Positions 60,290 to 64,000 of a stretch of DNA of 64,000 bases are shown piece by piece. The translations under genes and the position numbers were made by a program. The stretch covers positions 62,001-126,000 of the forward strand of contig NKIB01005148.1 in assembly GCA_002256025.1 (NCBI GenBank). Direction: 5' to 3'. The notes under the pieces are model-generated. The model made no database searches. It saw only the letters and a program-made list of their open reading frames with translations, and was not told the DNA's origin. This stretch comes from Asterionella formosa (taxonomy: Eukaryota). Numbering within the stretch: position 1 is the stretch's first letter; every line of letters starts with the position of its first letter.

Positions 60290-61006
60290 TTACCTCTCAT
60301 CGAAATTTAAACTGGCAAGTGTTGCCTCATTGTACTCATCGATAGCGCTGTCTGAGACTATTGATTCGCCACTTGAGCTGTTGTTTACAAGCGAAGCTGA
60401 TTGCTTCGACAGGCCTGCAGCAGGTCGCAGCCGTATTTCAGGTAGAATTCCGTTGGAGAGCTGTGTGTGTCCCTCACAGCGTGCACTACTCTTTCCATTC
60501 CGTTTCGGTCGATGTTGTGCTTTCGACTGTTGTGCCATAACATCTCGTAGCGCGTGACTTGTTTTGCTTCGAGTTTTATTACTTGAAACGACGTACCACT
60601 TCTTGCTCCTCGACTCTTGTTTCAGAAAGCGGCCTCCTTTGCTATGGATAGCTTCAATTATTGAAGAAACTACATTTGCTTTGTCGGTCCTCAACGTCGC
60701 TGCAGCAAATCGCTCGACGTTCTGGTTTGTCAGAAAGCGAAAGTTCTTATTGCCTCTATGATTATAACAATTACTGTCTCGACCCAGAAGGACGTCATGG
60801 TCGTTGATGTGCTGAGAATCTATCAGGGGCAAACTTTCGTCGTATGTATCATTATATTTGCTTTCTTCCTTTTTAATACTTCCTTTCGTTTTCCTCGTTG
60901 AAACCTTGCTGGAAATGTTGTCATGGACGCCTTGTGTCGGTGCTGGTATCGGTCGAGAATTCACATGCTTGCATTGAGAGGTCGAACCGTTTTGAGAGGA
61001 CGACAT
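60290..61006 (-). CDS. DUF6824-type domain protein, paralog of 57358..58044
   Basis: DVLLGR...YNHRGNKNFRFL...KANVVSSIIEAIHSKGGRFLK....WY......RSKTSHALRD. Confidence 0.87.
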   Translation of the reverse strand: MSSSQNGSTSQCKHVNSRPIPAPTQGVHDNISSKVSTRKTKGSIKKEESKYNDTYDESLPLIDSQHINDHDVLLGRDSNCYNHRGNKNFRFLTNQNVERFAAATLRTDKANVVSSIIEAIHSKGGRFLKQESRSKKWYVVSSNKTRSKTSHALRDVMAQQSKAQHRPKRNGKSSARCEGHTQLSNGILPEIRLRPAAGLSKQSASLVNNSSSGESIVSDSAIDEYNEATLASLNFDER

Positions 61007-61974
61007 TTATGTTCGAGCGAGCAATGAGCGGTAAAAAATCAATGTACAGTTCGCTCACTGCATCTAGCGCTCCAACTAATGAATAGAGTTACCGCTAAGT
61101 ACTCTTCTTTTCAGAAATAAAAATGGCAGACAATAAAAATTGAAATTGCATTGAAAACAATCATGTTACATGGGTTTCGAGTATTTTCAACGAACTAATT
61201 TGCTGAGGGCCCTTACTTTCTACGGAGACGAGCAGCTCGATATTTTGGTGGATGGTTCACCATTTTGAAATTCGTTGTCACTTCACGAAAGCGACAAGCG
61301 ACCGAACCGCTTGAATTGTCAAATAATGACGTGTTCCTTCATGGGTTTTCTTAACAAAAACAGAAATCATTTCGAGTTTCATAAAGACTCAATGATTTGT
61401 ATCGTTCGTCGCTTAGTACATACATATAATGACACCATATGTTAGTTCCGGAAAAGTCCGAATATTCCGAATATTTGTCAGTACATAAATAACCAAACAA
61501 TGTAACCTTAACATTGGCTGTTGCTAACACTGGACCAAACCCAAAACCAAACTATGTTTTGGTTTCGGTCACATGGAGCAGTCCTCGTGACGGATGGAAA
61601 ATTTGCCCCAGTATGTCGTCTACGGGAACGTCATGTAGGCCAATGGTTATTTAAGGAATTTTTAATTTTTTATATTCATTTCTTCACTTTTCTCTGTAGT
61701 CGAATTTTTTAACTTTTCACGACCCCCCTCCTTTGATGGCGAAACCGGCGAAGTTGGTGGTACCATCATGGTGACTTGCGTGCCGGTTTGTTGCAAGAAA
61801 AATAGGTCCATCATGGTTGCTCTTGCTAATGATAACAAACAATACTGTTGTGAAGCAAGGAGCAGTAGATGCACCGATTAACATTTGAAAGTCTACTTTT
61901 GTTTATTCAATTTCTAGGAACATATAGAGTGAATAGTTTGTCCTCCTAGCTAACAAATGGTTGTGACATCGGAT

Positions 61975-62172
61975 GATTGTTGAATATGGCTGAACACCTC
62001 ATGGGATAGCAGGCACATTTGCTTCCAAGCATATCCACCTGCACCTAACAGCCTCCTTCCCATACAGCAATTCCGAATTGCTCCAACATGATGGATCAAA
62101 GATACACCCAAGACTTCCATGCCGAGATTTCTTCCTCTTCATGCCTTCTGTATGTCTTCATACTGCATTAAA
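61975..62172 (+). repeat. Dispersed repeat, homologous to 43355..43570 (inverted)
   Basis: See the 43.4-kb copy. Both translate to ...HLTASFPYSN.E...DG.KIHP.L.CRD.FLFMPS.CL. Confidence 0.85.
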
Positions 62173-62589
62173 TCGCATCTGTGCCTACTTCAGGAGGTTT
62201 TTGAAAGAAGACATATCATTAGTGGAAATTCCAGCAATTACATTTGACAATCCACAACGAAGGCGCCGAGGATTTTGACAACTCTGACCCCAGTCACAAC
62301 GCTGGGCTTGTTAGAAAATGCGGAAACAGACTAATCAGACTATAATGAAGGTACTGGATGGATTCACGTGACTAAAAAGAAACAGAACAAGGCCACGTTG
62401 TTGTCCAAGAAAGCGTCACCAAGACCAAGGGTACCAGGTACCAAAATAGGTACCAGGTGCACTATATAGCTAATATATGGGCTATGCTCATTTTTTTATA
62501 GTTATCTGGTTTACATCGATAAAGCCTCCCCTGTATGTTTTTATTCTGGACGTTGTTGTCTTATTGACACAACCGAACTCAAGTCAAAC

Positions 62590-64000
62590 TTGTGGATTCA
62601 ACATAACTATAAAAGAAAAAGAACGGGGTCCAGTGACACAGCTGCCAATGATGGCGGTGGGAGCGGAACTCCAACTCAAAAGGAAAAGAAGGAGACACAA
62701 GGCAGTGGGAAAAGCCACCCTTCCGGTCTGCAAATCCAAACCAAAGAAACACGGTGCCAAGACACACAAAGTTTGAAGGGATATGTGATGACATAAAGGG
62801 CTACATTTTCGACTGCTCAGACAGTCAGATATGTTTGTGAAGACCACAAAGGCTGAATATGTCGGAAGGACATACAAATATGGTGGAGACATCAGGCTTG
62901 CTGTGGAGAATCTCGAGCTACCCATCATCAATGAGCCATCAGACCCACCAGCCGGAGCAACCAGGACCAAGGAGTGTATCTGGGAGAAGCAAGTAGATGA
63001 ATATGTCAAGCGGAGCACTTATCTTACTAATGAAAACATCAAGACCCTCTATTCATTGGTATGCCCATGTCATGCGGCAAAAAGTTGAGGCATTACCCAA
63101 CTTCTTCAATGGAATGTCAAGTGAGGGTGATGGTTTGTCTCTTCTCAAGGCAATAAAGAATATGGCTTTTATTTATCAAAGCCAGAAATACTTGCCACAT
63201 TCAATGTATGAATCAATGAAAAGGTTCTACTCCATGACACAGGGCAAATATATGACCACTCAGGTCTATTTGGAACAATTTCAGAACATGGTAGATGTGA
63301 TTGAGCACACGGGTGGAACTATTGGACATCAACCTGGACTAGAACAACTAATCATGACTGAGCTCAACATCATCCATGAAATGGCCACCCAACTTGACAA
63401 GCTGACAGTAAAGAAAGAGGCACAAGGAAGGTTCTTGGCGCTGACACAAGACGAGCGATTTGGTCGACTAATTGAGAATCTAGAGAATGACTACTTACAA
63501 GGACAGAACAACCACCCAACCACACTGACCGGAGCCTACAATCTCTTGACAAACTGGAAGCAGGACCCACGAAATTTGATGAGAACAATTGGCCCTGTGA
63601 ATGATGGAGTGTCTTTTACTAATGTTGAGGGTGCCGATGCAGAATAAGAAGTTACCCTTGCCAACCACAGCCAAAACAAATCGAGTAGTGGCAACAACAA
63701 GGACAAACCACATGTCACATGCCGCAAGTGCGGAAAACAAGGGCATTATGCAGACAAATGTGAAGAAGAGAGACAGAGTGGTGCCACAATGCTCACATCG
63801 TCATCAGGTGTAACAAATGGCGAATTTGACAATCAAGAGCACTTTCAATTCTTGCAACACACCTCTGGGGTATAATTGAAACTTGGAGAGAATGGCAAAA
63901 TCCCAAGAACTTGGATGCTATTGGATAATCAATCCACAGTCGACTTGTTTTATAATTCTGCCCTCCTAAAGAACATTAGACAGGTGGATGCATACATGGA
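62590..64000 (+). mobile_element. Degenerate Ty1/Copia (CoDi-like) retrotransposon gag-protease, continuing beyond the window
   Basis: KFEG.CDDIKGYIFDCSD, EYVGRTYKYGGDIR, WEKQVDEYVKR, LIENLENDYLQGQNNHP. After an in-frame TAA (63645-63647) come the CCHC knuckle CRKCGKQGHYADKC and the protease motif WMLLDNQSTVDLF. Several frameshifts. Confidence 0.9.

Noticed and set aside
1..64000. CRISPR arrays, rRNA genes, operons or prokaryotic defence systems
   Set aside because: No regularly spaced repeat-spacer array or rRNA-like sequence was seen. The spliced gene structure shows the DNA is eukaryotic, so GTG/TTG starts in the ORF track were disregarded.

Overview
Eukaryotic nuclear DNA, almost certainly from a diatom. 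Evidence: short GT-AG introns, signal-peptide+Phe plastid-targeting motifs, DUF6824-type proteins, diatom-type PPR and LRR proteins, and a CoDi-like Copia gag. About 24 intact genes alternate with islands of decayed transposons. The genes are FAM136A, an NTT/TLC nucleotide transporter, two LRR membrane proteins, two Cpn20 co-chaperonins, two cyclophilin-fold proteins, a senescence/spartin-domain protein, a class III aminotransferase, plastid RpiA, a PPR protein, membrin/GOSR2, a CBS-PP2C fusion, a SUN protein, a WW-domain protein, PSMD9, two DxD glycosyltransferase-like genes, two DUF6824 proteins, a MOSC protein and two hypotheticals. The transposon remnants are a LINE ORF1-like sequence, a Gypsy-like gag, PIF/Harbinger elements, MITEs, a tRNA-headed repeat and a Copia gag-protease. 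The clearest non-genic structures are a 1079-bp internally deleted Harbinger with intact TIRs and TSD, a MITE whose ~95-bp TIRs are themselves bounded by inverted repeats, and a GGTACC/TACCGGTA motif concentrated at gene 5' ends. All family assignments come from motif recognition by eye; no searches were run. I found no unambiguous novel multi-gene system. The best candidates for new biology are the CBS-PTC7 fusion, the promoter motif, the putative lumenal WW protein and the gag/LINE-ORF1 juxtaposition.
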